From the NCBI RefSeq assembly GCF_009914755.1, contig NC_060925.1: 64,000 nt of DNA; one strand, 5' to 3'. The DNA comes from the human T2T-CHM13v2.0 reference genome, Homo sapiens. The notes beneath the pieces are model-generated. The model did no database searches. It was not told the DNA's origin and saw only the letters and a program-made list of their open reading frames with translations. Made by a program: the position numbers and the translations under genes. Below, piece after piece: positions 1 through 12,723 of the stretch (positions are counted from its first letter, which is position 1; each line of letters opens with the position of its first letter).

Positions 1-3000
1 CCCAGCAGAAGAAAAGAAATAATAATTAAGATCAGAGCAGAACTAAATTAAATTGAAACAAAATAAAATAAAAAAATCAATACAAAAGACAAATGAAACA
101 AAAAGCTGATTGAAAAGATAAACAAAATTGATAGACCACTAGTGAGATTAACCAAGAAAAGAAACGATCCAAATAAGCTCAATTAGAAACAAAATTGGTT
201 ATATTAGAGCCAATACCATAGAAATACAAAAGATCACTCAAGGATACTATGAACACCTTTATGCATACAAACTAGAAAACCTAGAGGAGATGGATACATT
301 CCTGGAAATACTCAACCCTCCTAGATTAAGCCAGGAAGAAACAAAAACTCTGAACAGACCAATAACAAGCAGCAAGGTTGAAATGGTAATTTAAAAAAAA
401 ATTGCCAACAAAAAAAAGTCTGGGACCAGATAGATTCACATCTGAACTCTATCAGAAAGTCAAAGAAGAATTGATACCAATCTTATTGACACTTCCAAAA
501 GACAGAGAAAGAGTGAATCCTCCCTAAACCATTCTATGAAGCCAGTATTGCCCTAATATCGAAATTAGGAAAGGACATAACAAAAAAAGAAAACTCCAGA
601 CCAATATCCCTAATGAACATAGATGCAAAAATACTCAACAAAATACTAGCTAACCGAATCCAACAGCATATAACAAAGATAATCCACCATGATCAAGTGC
701 TTTCATACCAGGGATGCAGAGATGGTTTAACACCTGCAAGTCAATAAATGTGATATACCACATAAACAGAATTAAAAACAAAAATTACAGATTATCTCAA
801 TAGACACAGAAATAGCATTTGACAAACTCCAGGATCCCTTTATGATTAAAAGACTCAGCTAAAATCAGCACAGAAGGGACCTACCTTAAGGTAATAAAAG
901 CCATCTATGATAAACCCACAGCCAACATTACACCAAACAGGGAAAAGTTGAAAGCATCCCCCACGAGAACTGGAACACAAAAAGGATGCCTACTTTCATC
1001 ACTTCTCTTCAACATAGTACTGGAAGTCCTAGCTAGAGCAATCAGACTGGAGAAAGAAATAAAGGGCATCCAAATCAGAAAAGAGGAAGCCAAACTGTTG
1101 CTGTTCACTGATAATATGATTGTATATCTAGAAAACCCTAGAGACTCATCCAAAAAGCTCCTAGAACTGATAAATGAATTCAGCAAAATTTCAGTATACT
1201 GTAATGTGCACAAATCAGTAGCTCTGCTATACACCAACGGCGACCAAGCTCAGAATCAAATCAAGAACTCAACACTTTTTTACAACAGGTGCAAACAAAA
1301 CAAAAAAAACTTAAGAATATACCTAACCAAAGCCGTAAAAGATCCATACAAAGAAAACTACACTACAAAACACTGCTGAAAGAAATCATAGATGACACAA
1401 ACAAATGGAAACATATCCCATGCTCATGGATGGGTGGAATCAATAATGTAAAAATGACCATACTGCCAAAAGCAATCTACAAACTCAATGCAATTCCCAT
1501 CAAAATATCATCATTGTTCTCATCATCATCTACCATCACTGAGAAAACAATTCTAAAATTCATATGGAACCAAAAAAAGAGCCTGCATAGTGAAAGAAAG
1601 ACCAAGCAAATATAACAAATCAGGAGGCATCACATTACCTGACTTCAAACTCTACTATAAGGCTACAGTCACCAAAACATCATGGTACTGGCATAAAAAT
1701 AGGCAAATAGACTGATGGAACAGAATATAGAACCCAGAAATAAAGCCAAATACTTACAGCCAACTGACCTTTGAGAAGGCAAACAAAAACATAAAGTGGG
1801 GGAATGGACATCCTATTAAACAAATGAGATGGAATAATTGGCAAGCCACATATAGAAAAATGAAACTGGAAATGAGGATTTCTCATCTTACACAAAAATC
1901 AACTCAAGATGGATCAAAGACTTAAATCTAAGACCTGAAACCATAAAAATTCTAGAAGATAACATTGGAAAAACCCTTCTAGACACTGGCTTAGGCAAAG
2001 ACTTCATGACCAAGAACCCAAAAGCAAATGCAATAAAAATGAAGATAAATAGATGGGACTTAATTGAACTAAAAAGTTTGTGTGCAGCAAAAGAAATAAT
2101 CAGCAGAGTAAACAGACAACCACAAAGTGGGAGAAAATCTTTGCAAAGTATGCATCCGATAAAGAACTAATATCCAGAATCTACAAGGAACTCAAACAAA
2201 TCAGCAAGAAAAAAAAAACAGACAAACAATCCCATCAAAAAGTAGGCTAAGAACATGAATAGACAATTCTCAAAAGAAAATATACAAATGGCCAAAAAAT
2301 ATGAAAAAATGCTCAACATCACTCATTATCGTGAAAATGCAAATTGAAACCACAATATAATACCATCTTACTCCTGCAAGAATGGCCATAATTAAAAAAT
2401 AAAAAAAAATAGATATTGGCATGGACGTGGTGAAAAGGGAACACTTTTACACTGCTAATGGGAATGTAAACTAGTACGACCACTATGGAAAATGGTATGG
2501 AGATTCCTTAAAGAACTAAAAGTAGATATACCATGTGATCCAGCAATCTCACTACTGAGTATCTACCCAGAGGAAAATAAGTCATTATATGAAAAAGACA
2601 TTTGCACATGCATGTTTATAGCAGCACAGTTTGCAATTGTAAAAATATAGAATAAGCCCAAATGCCCATCAATCAACGAGTGGATAAAGAAAATGTGGTA
2701 TATATATTCCATGGAATGCTACTCAGCCATAAAAAGAAATGAAATAATATAATTCACAGCAACCTGCATGGAGTTGGAGGCCATTATTCTAAGTGAAGTA
2801 ACTCAGGAATTGAAAGCCAAACATCAAATGTTCTCACTTATAAGTGTGAATTAAGCTATGAGGACACAAAGCCATAACAATGATACAATAGGCTTCAGTG
2901 ACTCGGGGGGAAGATGGTAGGGAGGCGAAGAATATAATACTACACATTGGGTACAGAGTACACTGCTTGGGTAATGGGTGCACCAAAATCTCAGAAATCA

Positions 3001-3070
3001 CCATTAAATAACTTATCCATGTAACCAAACACCACCTGTTCCCCCAAAACCTATTGAAATTTACAAAAAT
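1..3070 (+). mobile_element. LINE-1, L1PB-type (likely L1PB1); ORF2 plus 3'UTR, 5' part outside window, inactivated
   Basis: ORF track 948-1379 and 1289-1615 are L1 ORF2 RT fragments ([22 protein letters not shown]-like; FADD degraded to FTDN; KWKHIPCSW) broken by frameshifts. The 3' end GGGTGCACCAAAATCTCAGAAATCACC...CCATGTAACCAAACACCACCTGTTCCCCCAAAACCTATTGAAAT matches the L1PB 3'UTR. Confidence 0.9.
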
Positions 3071-3110
3071 AGCAACAACATCAAGTCAAATACTCCAAAA
3101 GAGAAAAAAA

Positions 3111-5543
3111 TGTGATACATCACATCTATAGAACCAAGAACAAAAACCGTATGATAATTACAATAGATGCTGAAAAAGCGTTTGATAAAATTCAACACCC
3201 CTTTATGATAAAAATTCTTAACAAACTGGATATGGAAGGAGCATACCTCAACACAACAAAGGCCACATATGACAAATTCACAGCTAACATTGTGCTGAAT
3301 GGAGAAAAATTGAAAGCCATTCCTCTAAGATCTGGAGCAAGACAAGGATACCCATTTTCACCATTTTATTCAACATAATACTGGGAGTCCTGGCCAGAGC
3401 AATTAGGCAAGAGAAAGAAATAAAGGGCATCTAAATTGCAAAGGAAGAGTTCAAATTAGCTTTGTTTGCAGATGACATGACCTTATACTTAAAAAAAATC
3501 TGAAGACTCTACCAAAAACTATTTGAATTGATAAATAAGTAAAATTATAAGAATGCAATATCAACATAAAAAATCAGCATTTATATATGCCAACAACAAA
3601 CAATCTGCACAGTAAATCAAGGAAGCTATTTACAACAGCTACAAAGAATATAAAATGCCTAGGAATCAATTTAACCAAAGAAGTAAAAGTTCTACATAAG
3701 GAAAATTATAAAATTCTGATGAAAGAAAATTGAAGTGAACACAAAAAATGGAAAGATATTACATGCTTATGAACTGAAATAATTAATATATTTAAAATTA
3801 TAACATTATCCAAAACAAATTACAGATTCAATGCAATCTCTATCAAAATGCCAATGATATTCTTCACAGAAATTTAAAAAACCCTTAAAATTTATATGGA
3901 AGCACAAAAGACTTTAAATAGTGAAAAGAATCCTGAGCAAAAAGGACAAAGCTGGAGGCATCACACTGACTTCAAAATATGCTATAAAGCAATAGTAACC
4001 AAATCAGCATGGTACTGGCATAAAAACTGACACAAAGACCAAGGGAAGCGAATAGAGAACCCAGATATAAATCCACATATTTACAGTAAACACATTTTTG
4101 ACAAAGGTATCAAAAACATGCTATGGGAAAAGGACAGTTTCTTCAATAAATGGTGCCATGAAACTGAATAACAATATGCAGAAGAGTGAAACTAGACTTT
4201 GATTTCTCGTAACATAAAAACATAAAATCAAAATGGATCAGAGACTTAAACTGAGGATCTGAAACTATGAAACTAGTAGAAGAAACTATCGGGCAAATGC
4301 TGCAGGACATTGGTCTGGGCAAAAAATTTTGGGGATAAGACCTCAAAAGCACAGGAATCAAAACAAAAGTAGACAAATGAGATTGTAGCAAGCTAAAACA
4401 GTTTTGCACAGAAAAGGAAACAATCAACAAAGTGAAGAGACAATCCATAGAATGGGAGAAAATACTTGCAAACTATCTATCTGACAAGGGATTAATAACC
4501 AGAATATGTAAGGAGCTCAAACAACTCAAAAGCAAAAATCCCAAATAATCCAATTTAAAAATGGGCAAAAAAGCTCAACACACATTCTCAAAAGTAGACA
4601 TATAAATGGCCAACAGGCATATGAAAAAATGTTCAGCACCACTAATCATCAGAGAAATGCAAAACAATGAAATGTAATTTCATCCCAGTTAAAATGGCTC
4701 TTATTAAAAAGGCAGGAAATAATGGATGCCACTGAAGATGTGGAGAAAGGGCAACCTTCATACATGACTGGTGGGAATGTAAAATAGTAGAGCCACTATG
4801 GAAAACTCTATGGAGCTTCCTCAAAAAACTGAAAATAGAACTACCATATGATCCAGCAACTCCACTACTCTGTATATGTCCAAAAGAAAAAAAATCATTA
4901 TGTTGAAGAGATATCTGCACTCTGTCTATTGCAGCACTATTCAGAATAGCCAAAATATGGAATCAAATTATGTGTCCATCAGTGAATGAATAGATAAAGA
5001 AAATATGGTCTATATACACATTGCCATATTTTTTAGCCATAAAAATGGGGAAATACTGTCATTTGCAGCAACATGGATGTAACTGGAGGTCATTATGTTA
5101 AGTGAAAAAGCCAAGCACAGAAGGAAAAATATTGCATGTTTTTACACATACGTGGGAGCTGAAAAAGTGGATCTCATTGAGATAGAGAGAAGATTGGTAG
5201 TTACCAGAGGCTGGAAAGGAAAGGGAAGAGGGAAAATGAAGAGAGGTTGATGAATGGGTACAAATACACATTTTGATAGATGAAAGAAGAAAACCTTGTG
5301 TACCTTGTGTTTGATAGATCAGTAGGGTGACTATAGTTTACAGTTATCTATTGCATATTTCAAAATAGCTAGAAGAGAATAATCAAATGTTGTTAGCATA
5401 AAGAAAAGACATTTAATGTGATGGATATCCCAATTACACTGATTTTATCTTTACAATTTATATAAATGTATTAAATTATCACATGTATGCCCCAAATATG
5501 TTCATCTATTATGTATCAATACAAAATTAAATTAAATTAAAAA
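3111..5543 (+). mobile_element. LINE-1, L1MA-type (L1MA4-6 group); RT to 3' end
   Basis: ORF 3112-3378 contains [15 protein letters not shown] and [10 protein letters not shown] (ORF2 RT). The 3'UTR GATAGATCAGTAGGGTGACTATAG...GATGGATATCCCAATTACACTG...TATGTATCAAT and A-rich tail are typical of L1MA. Confidence 0.85.
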
Positions 5544-5559
5544 GTGAGAAACTCTTAAA

Positions 5560-8230
5560 AATGGCTACTGAATTTTTCAGATGCCTTTTTAATGTCTCTA
5601 GAATAAAAATTTTATGGTTCTTTCTATTTAGATCTTTCCCTATGATTATTTACCTGAAAAAAATTGTTAATATTGAATTATGCTTATAGTCTTGGATTCT
5701 TGATTTAAAAGTAAGACTGGTCTATAGGTTTCCTTTATGTGTGGCCCTTATTAAATTTTAGTATTAGTGCTAAATACTTTATAAAATTTAATTGAAAATT
5801 TTCCTTCTTTTTTACACTTTTTAATAGATTAGATATCATGAGAATTATCCATTCTTCAACGGTTTGGTAAAATTTCCTTGTAATATTCATATTGGCTTGG
5901 TTACTCATTGGAGGAGGGCAAGGAATTGACAATTTTCTCAACTTTTTCCCTTTGGATTTTCTCTGTCCTCTAGGGTCAGTTTAGGTTAATTATATTTCCC
6001 ACTAAAAATACCCATTTAACCCAGGTTTTCAAATGCATTTGCATATAGTAGAGCATGTACTGTCAATTGGGGCAATATATCTCCGATATTACAATTCGGA
6101 GATATTCTAATTCTCATTAGGGAAAAATTAAATTAAAATTTTCTTGTGAAGCAAAAATGAAAAAATGGTTGAAGAACATTATAACAGATTAAAGTAGTCT
6201 TTAGAATTATATTAACATTCTTTATTTCTATGTTTAACCCCTTATAATTTCTTACTTTGTATTTATTTTTTTTATTAATTTAACAATTATTTTAAATATT
6301 AAAAAGGCTGGCTTTTCAAATTACACATTAGCTCTAATCACCTTCCTTTCTTAACTCATTTATTAATTCTTCTAAATTGTTTAATATTTTTTAGTTTTCT
6401 TCTATTTAATAGTTGTTTTTCTAACTTTTTGAGTTGGTGCATAATTCATGAATTAAGCTTAAGCTGTATCACGGAATTCTATTCAGTAGTGTTTTCATAC
6501 CTCATTATTTTCAAGAAATCCTACAATTTTTGTTCATAAAGTTATTTAAGAGAGTTTTTTGTTTAGAATTTTCACGTGGAAAGATTTTTATTTTTCTGAT
6601 TTTTCTATTAATTTCTGTTTTTATGGAATTGTGATCATATAGTGTTGTCCATAATTTCCTATTTTTGCATTTTATCTTTATGGTTTAATAAATGGCAATT
6701 TTTATGAATATAATATTAGCCCTTAAAAAGAATATGTAATCTCTACTTTTGAGGCACAAAGTCTGATATATGTAGAGTTTGACTGAGGGAGATGAGTAAA
6801 ACTGTCCTATTTTTGGTCTGTTACTTTCCATATGTCTTTATATCTCTTGTAATAAAACTTGTATATACAAATTTCTGCTATGTATTTGGTTCATAGATAT
6901 TTATAAATTTCACATCTTCATTGTGATTTTTACTTTTTCTATCATAAAGTGCTTTTCTTTGTTTTATTTAATACTTGTTTGTCCTGAGTCCAACTTGTCT
7001 GAAATTAAAGTCATAAGTACTGCTATATTATTATTATTCCTTTTCCATGTATTTGGGTGGGGGGAATGTGCAGGGGCATTATTTGGGTAAAACTCTGCTC
7101 TTCCTTTAATTTTCAACCATCTGAACCTTTTTTTTCCAATGTGTACTTATATATAGCATGGAGTTTTGGTTTTAATGCAATTTGAAAATGCTTTTAAAAA
7201 ATAGCTTAAAATGTGTATTGATTGAAAAATATTTGTCACAATTCTTTGATATATACATGGATACGTGTGTGATTATACACATGCGCATGAGTTTATGGTT
7301 CCTCTGACATTTAACAAGGTGTGCACTAAGGTGCAAATTTGCTCTCCAGCTGCTACCTTTATAATTCCATCTTTATATACTCATATTCTCTATTGTTTTG
7401 GATATAACAGTTATGAGCAATGATAAATTGGTATGTATCCTCTTCTTTTTCCTATACTGCATTTTATCAGCTGTCATATTTTGTTTAAAAATTACATTTC
7501 TTAGTGTTTATCTTTTTATGTTATGCGTGCTTACTCTACTACTTGTATGTCAGCTTTAAATGACATTTTCAACCTCAACAGTTACAGGTGAGTCAGTCAA
7601 TGAACTTATTCTAATTACCACCATCTTTTTTCTTTCCCTTCCTAACATTTGTGATTTGTGTCATTTCTATATTTTCAAAACCTATAACATTCAAACATTT
7701 TTTGTAGTATTAGTTTTACAGTAAAAATATATTTGGTGTTCACCACCAGTCATTTTGAGAAAGTTTTCCCTTTTTTATTCTAGTATATCCCCTTATGGGA
7801 GGAATATTCTTTGAGTTTTAATGTTTAAAAATATGACATTTATATATGATGAATAACTAGCCAGATATAAAATCCTTAGATCATTATTTTTTTTCATGAG
7901 AATATAATAAGTTTTGTTTCCATTCTCATTGGAACAAAAGCCCATTGTCATTAGGCTTTGAATGTTGCTTTCAAGAAGACTGAGGGTAGGTTGATTTCTT
8001 TTTCTTTCTACAAGAATTGATTTTTTTTTCTTTTCTGCTTCAAAGGTTCCTTACATATATATAAAACTCAATAATTTGTTAGTATATTTCTTTGTTCAAC
8101 CATCATGAATCATTTTTTTCTACTACATGGTATTTATTTTGAACATGTAGATTGAAGTCTTTTTTTTATCAGTTTCAAGAAAGTTTTTTAAAAATTTTGC
8201 TTAAACATTTGCTCTGTTCCACTGATAAGG
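5560..8230 (-). mobile_element. Ancient fragmented L1M (ORF2/ORF1 remnants); further pieces likely at 8376-8660 and 9630-10240
   Basis: Minus-strand ORF 5735-5941 (KFYQTVEEWIILMISNLLKSVKKKENFQLNF) resembles L1 ORF2 [26 protein letters not shown]-rich antisense L1 composition. Confidence 0.6.
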
Positions 8231-8241
8231 TTTTCTTCTTT

Positions 8242-8368
8242 TTTTTTCTGGGTGATTTTTTTTTTGTTTTAAAATTATTATTATACTTTAAGTTTTAGGG
8301 TACATGTGCAACATGTGCAGGTTAGTTACATATGTATACATGTGCCATGCTGGTGTGCTGCACCCATT
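8242..8368 (-). mobile_element. Severely 5'-truncated L1PA 3' end (~100 bp plus tail)
   Basis: TTATACTTTAAGTTTTAGGGTACATGTGCA...GCTGCACCCATT is the L1PA terminus; TSD TTCTTCTTT at 8233-8241 and 8367-8375. Confidence 0.9.
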
Positions 8369-8669
8369 CTTCTTTAGAGACTCCAATTATATGTGTGTTG
8401 TATTTCATCTATCATTATCAGTTTCACACAAATACTTTTATTTGCTATGTCTTACTTATCTGCAATACTTAGTCCTTTTTTGTATTTCTTCCAATATTGT
8501 CTTCATTTCTGTCATGGTTTGCTTTTCTTCTTCTTTCTGCTAAAAAAATCAACTAATTTCATCCTCCTCATCTCTCTCTTGAGTTTCTTCATTTGTGCCT
8601 TTTGGTTTTCCTTAATAGATGATGTTTATTTCTTAACATATCAACAAATATGCTTAATTTAGAGAAACT

Positions 8670-8920
8670 ATGCTGCTTATGAATAAGAGCAAAGACTCTA
8701 GAACAAGATTAACTGTGTTTAAATACGGGGTCTTCCTCTAACTGTGTGATCTTGAGTGTTACTTAACTTGTCCCTTAGGTCTTTAAATCTATATAATGGT
8801 AATAATAATAACAATATCTAATTTACAGAGTTGTGTTGAGAATCAGTTGAGTTCATATCTCTACAAAGTGGTAAGAATATTGCCTGGCAACAGTAAATAC
8901 TATGCTAAAGTATTATTAGT
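8670..8920 (+). mobile_element. MIR SINE
   Basis: CTGTGTGATCTTGAGTGTTACTTAAC core, GAGTTGTGTTGAGAAT, and TGCCTGGCAACAGTAAATACT tail. Confidence 0.75.
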
Positions 8921-9129
8921 TTTTTTCTTGCATTTCGAAATTTATAGTCACAATTTTAATTGTCTCTGTGACAACACTTTTTCCTCTCATCTATTAAAAA
9001 GTTTTGATGCTAATTTTCTGAATTTTAAAAATAGTATGTCTGTATCTGTGTTATGCCAGTTTCTTCTTTATCACTGCTCACTATTGAATGAATTATTTTT
9101 CTGGTCAAATTCCTTAGAGAAAGTTCCTG

Positions 9130-9628
9130 AAGTGGAGGTTGCAAAGTGGCTTTCCTGTTCTCAAAACAAATAGCTCCCACTTAATGATCCCCAATAATTG
9201 ACACCTCCCTCTACCCATGCCCATAAAATACTCCCACATTGACTCTGGACTTAGCTACATGACTTGCTTTAGCCAACGGGACATTAACAAACACAACACA
9301 TACAGAAGCTTGAAACTTGAAAGTGTGTGAACACTACAGCATGAACACTAGGCTGCCATTTCTCTTGCTACTGGGAACATGTCTACCTCCATGTGAAAAA
9401 GCCTGACTAGCTTCCTGGGAAAAGGCCCTAGGTGTCCAAGCCATCCCTTCCAGAGGCCCAGATTTGTGAGTAAGACCTGCTGATACCGCATGGGGCAGAG
9501 ATTAGCCATTGAGCCCACACAGCTGAGCCCATCCCAATTTTCCATCTCACTAAATTGTAGGCAAATCACTGGTAGCTTTTTAAACCATTGTTTCGGGTGG
9601 CTTGTTATGCAGCAATAGATTATGGATT
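9130..9628 (+). mobile_element. MaLR solo LTR (MLT1G/H-like)
   Basis: CATGACTTGCTTTAGCCAA; CCATGTGAAAAAGCCTGACTAGC; terminal GGGTGGCTTGTTATGCAGCAATAGAT. Confidence 0.75.
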
Positions 9629-11054
9629 CACTTTTACTGTTGCCTCACAAACAGACTGCTTTTAGTAGTTATGGCATCTTTGTATACTCACTTCCTCTGA
9701 GACTCTGAAGGGAATTATGTCCAGAAGATCCTTTTCCAGTAGTTCTCTGCTCCCCAGTTCTTAAAAAGAAGGAACAGGACTTTTACATTTCATAGTGATT
9801 TGACCATCTTCAAGCACTAAAGTTTTGCTGACCCTGAGATCTGCTCCTACCATGTTTCTGGGAACTCCCTGTTCTCCTTTTGTCATCTGTATGTATGTAT
9901 CTCTTTTGCCTTCTTCCTTCTGCTTCTGCTCCAGTTTTTGAGAGACAGCTTTGCATTTTACGACACACCTCTCATTTCCCAGAAAACATACTTTTGCTGG
10001 CACTTTCTGATACTTCTAGTGCTGGTTCCCATTGCCTCTCCCTGGGCCTTTTCCATATGACTTCTGCCCAAACTCAGCTGCTTTTGGTAACCTTTAGAAG
10101 CGCTTTGGGGTTTGTAGGTAAAATCTATATAAATTTGTTGAAAATGGTGTTTGACAGTTTTTTTCCATTCTCTTTGTTAGTTTATGTAATTTTTAGAAAG
10201 AGATGAGAAAGATGCTTAAAAAGCTGACATCATTTTCTACTGGAATCCGTATATAATTCTTTTTGCAGTAAGAACTCTTTGGACACATTTTTCTGAAGAT
10301 GATGTAATAACCTTGGGAGGCTTAGTAATTATTAATACCTTTCAAATTTCTCATATTCAAAAAGGGGCAGCATGATGCTCAAATTGGTTCTTTTTTTCCC
10401 CTAGATTGAACTACAATTTAGATTCCTTACACTCTCTTTAGGCAATGGTTGCCTTATATTTAATACATCTAACTAATCCTAACTGTAGTTCAGAAAAAGA
10501 GATTCCATTATCATCATTTTACAGATGAAAACTGTGAGAACAATGACTACATTGCGGATTTTGTTGGCTTCCTTTCAGGTGCTTATTGCCTCACTATTAT
10601 TAATTTTGGCTTTGGGCTCAATTTCAAGGTTATGGATGAGGTAGATGGTATAGTGTAAGCAACAGGTCCAAAAAGGCAGAATAACCAGCGAACACTTGGT
10701 AGCATCTCAGATGTGGGGAAATAGGTGTTTTATACTCCAAACGCTAGTGTTTGAATATGTTTCCTCCAAAACCATGAAGGGGAAAGTTCATTAAGTTCCT
10801 ACACTGATAAGCTCTTAGACATGCCTTTCAATGTACAGGCATGTAAAGCTATTTTGGGTGAATGGGTGAATAGTAGGTTATTAGGTTATTGCCCTTCTTT
10901 GGGAGGTCCCTATTTGTCCTTTAATACACAGTTCAGATGGGATTTAAATTCCCTGACCTGTTCCTTCTCTTACATAGAAAAAATTGCTTCCACTTATGCA
11001 ATTGGCATGTGCTTCTGTTGTGAAATACTTGTGTTGTTTGTCTCGGGCTTTCAT

Positions 11055-11182
11055 AGTTGGTTCTCCTATTAGGCAGTGAGCTCCTTGGGTGCAGAGACTA
11101 TGTCCTAATCGACTCTGCATCCTTAGCTTCTGCAAAGTGCTCAGTGCACAGTAGGTGTGCATGATGTTTATTGGAATAAATC
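11055..11182 (+). mobile_element. L2 3' end
   Basis: GTGAGCTCCTTGGGTGCAGAGACTATGTC...CACAGTAGGTG...TGTTTATTGGAATAAAT. Confidence 0.7.
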
Positions 11183-11375
11183 GAGAAACAGGCGAATGTT
11201 GTCTATTAAAGTCATTTTGGTCTCTAGCTACTGTAGTAGTTGGATAGGCAAAGTTACTTCATGCCTATCTTCCTCCTCTTTTCCTTGCCAGCTTCCTTCT
11301 TTTTTTCTCTGACTGAAAGGGCTGGACAACCGGGGAAAAGGAAACTTGTGCTTTCCAGCATACCTCTCCCACTCT

Positions 11376-11394
11376 ACACACACACACACACACA

Positions 11395-11436
<42 letters not shown>

Positions 11437-11461
11437 CTCGCTCTCGCTCTCGCTCTCTCTC
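11376..11461. repeat. Compound microsatellite (AC)n-(TC)n-(CTCGCT)n
   Basis: Directly visible; lies ~520 bp upstream of the distal first exon. Confidence 0.97.
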
Positions 11462-11984
11462 CATCCTGTTGCATTTTTAAAGCAGGCTCAGTCAGGTTAC
11501 TGAGTGCCTGTTGCTCCATCACACGAATTCCCAAGTTGTGGGACTCACCTTCAGGGGTGTCTTGGTGGAGCACCTCTTGGGAGGTGATCTGACCTGTTGG
11601 TTCAGGAGCACTGCGCGTATTCACTCTGGCGCTCCTTTGTGCAACAGGAGACCAGAGGACTCCCACGGTCCCACTGGCTCCTTCCACGTAATGTGCCCCG
11701 CTGGCTCTCTCGCCTCCCCCAACCCGGGGGTCTGCGTCCCCTGCGCCCCAGTCCCTCTTTGTGCAGCCAGTAGCTGCAGAGCTCTTCGTCTTGTATTCAT
11801 GGCAGATGCACAGCGAGTGACTGACACGTTCCAGGGACGGCGAATGGGAAAGAGCGCGGGCGGCCGGGGGAGGGTGTGTAGTGGCAGACGGCCGCTGGGA
11901 TTATGAATGGGGGCTGGGGGGCCGGCGAGTGTGGGGTTCAAACCAGGATTTTCGGTCTCTGGCTTTGGATAGGCACGCAGGGCT

Positions 11985-12105
11985 GTGCGTAATCCTTCAG
12001 CTCTGGTGGTAAGGGAGATGCAGTGAGCTCCCGGCTGGGAGAGAGGGTTATTTTGCAAAACTCCCCTGGTACCGTGCCCGCGGAATATTGCAGGAGGTCT
12101 GTGAG
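11985..12105 (+). other. PDE4B: PDE4B distal alternative non-coding first exon (5'UTR); start approximate
   Basis: Ends at donor GAG|GTAGGT (12105|12106). Position ~660 bp upstream of the proximal exon fits my recollection of a second PDE4B1-encoding transcript start. Not database-checked. Confidence 0.65.
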
Positions 12106-12647
12106 GTAGGTGGGGGAAAAAATAACCTGGGAGGGCAATCAGGGAGAGGCCAGACGACTGGGGACGGCGTGCTTTGCACCCTAGAATTGACAGGTGGTGG
12201 CCTCAGCAGTTACAACCTACTACACAGCATCTCGTCCGTGCGATACGGTCACATTGTTATTCCCCGCACCCGGCTGAGGAGCGCAGCGCGGCAGACCAAG
12301 TGGCACCGGCGAGCTGTCTCTCTTCCGGGGGGCGGGGGTGGACAGTAGGGAGAGGGGGTTTAAAGGGCCAGAGGACGAGAGAAGAGCTGAGGGGCGCGTC
12401 GCCAGCGCCTGTGTCTCCCTGGCGCGGGTTCCCCAGGCTAGCCCGCTGGCCCGTCCGCGCGCGCGCCCCCGGCCCGCGCGCCCCTTCCCGGGGCTCCTGG
12501 CCTCGCCTCAGCGGCTGCAGGCTCTTCGTCGCGGGCCGGGCTGCACGCGAGCGCCCTCCGGGCAGACTTTCGTCCCCCACCCCCGGGAGCGCGGAAGGCT
12601 CACTCGCAGCGCATGGTCTACCCGCGCCGGGCGGAGCCCCGGCGTCC

Positions 12648-12723
12648 AGAGCGCTGCGGCCGCGGCGGTGCAGCAGAGGCGCCTCGGGCAGGAGGAGGGC
12701 GGCTTCTGCGAGGGCAGCCTGAG
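12648..12723 (+). other. PDE4B: PDE4B proximal non-coding first exon (PDE4B1 5'UTR); start approximate
   Basis: AGAGCGCTGCGGCCGCGGCGGTGCAGCAGAGGCGCCTCGGGCAGGAGGAGGGCGGCTTCTGCGAGGGCAGCCTGAG recognised as the PDE4B1 mRNA leader; followed by strong donor GAG|GTAAGG. Confidence 0.88.

Noticed and set aside
905-4953. RT-like ORFs as functional CDS
   Set aside because: Frameshifted, stop-ridden L1 ORF2 fossils; the catalytic FADD is altered to FTDN in the L1PB copy.
7581-7595. Consensus donor CAG|GTGAGT with AP-1 motif
   Set aside because: Upstream of the PDE4B promoter inside decayed L1; no evidence for an exon.
11228-11687. ER/RA/LS-repeat proteins in the ORF track
   Set aside because: Translations of the (AC)(TC)(CTCGCT) microsatellite.
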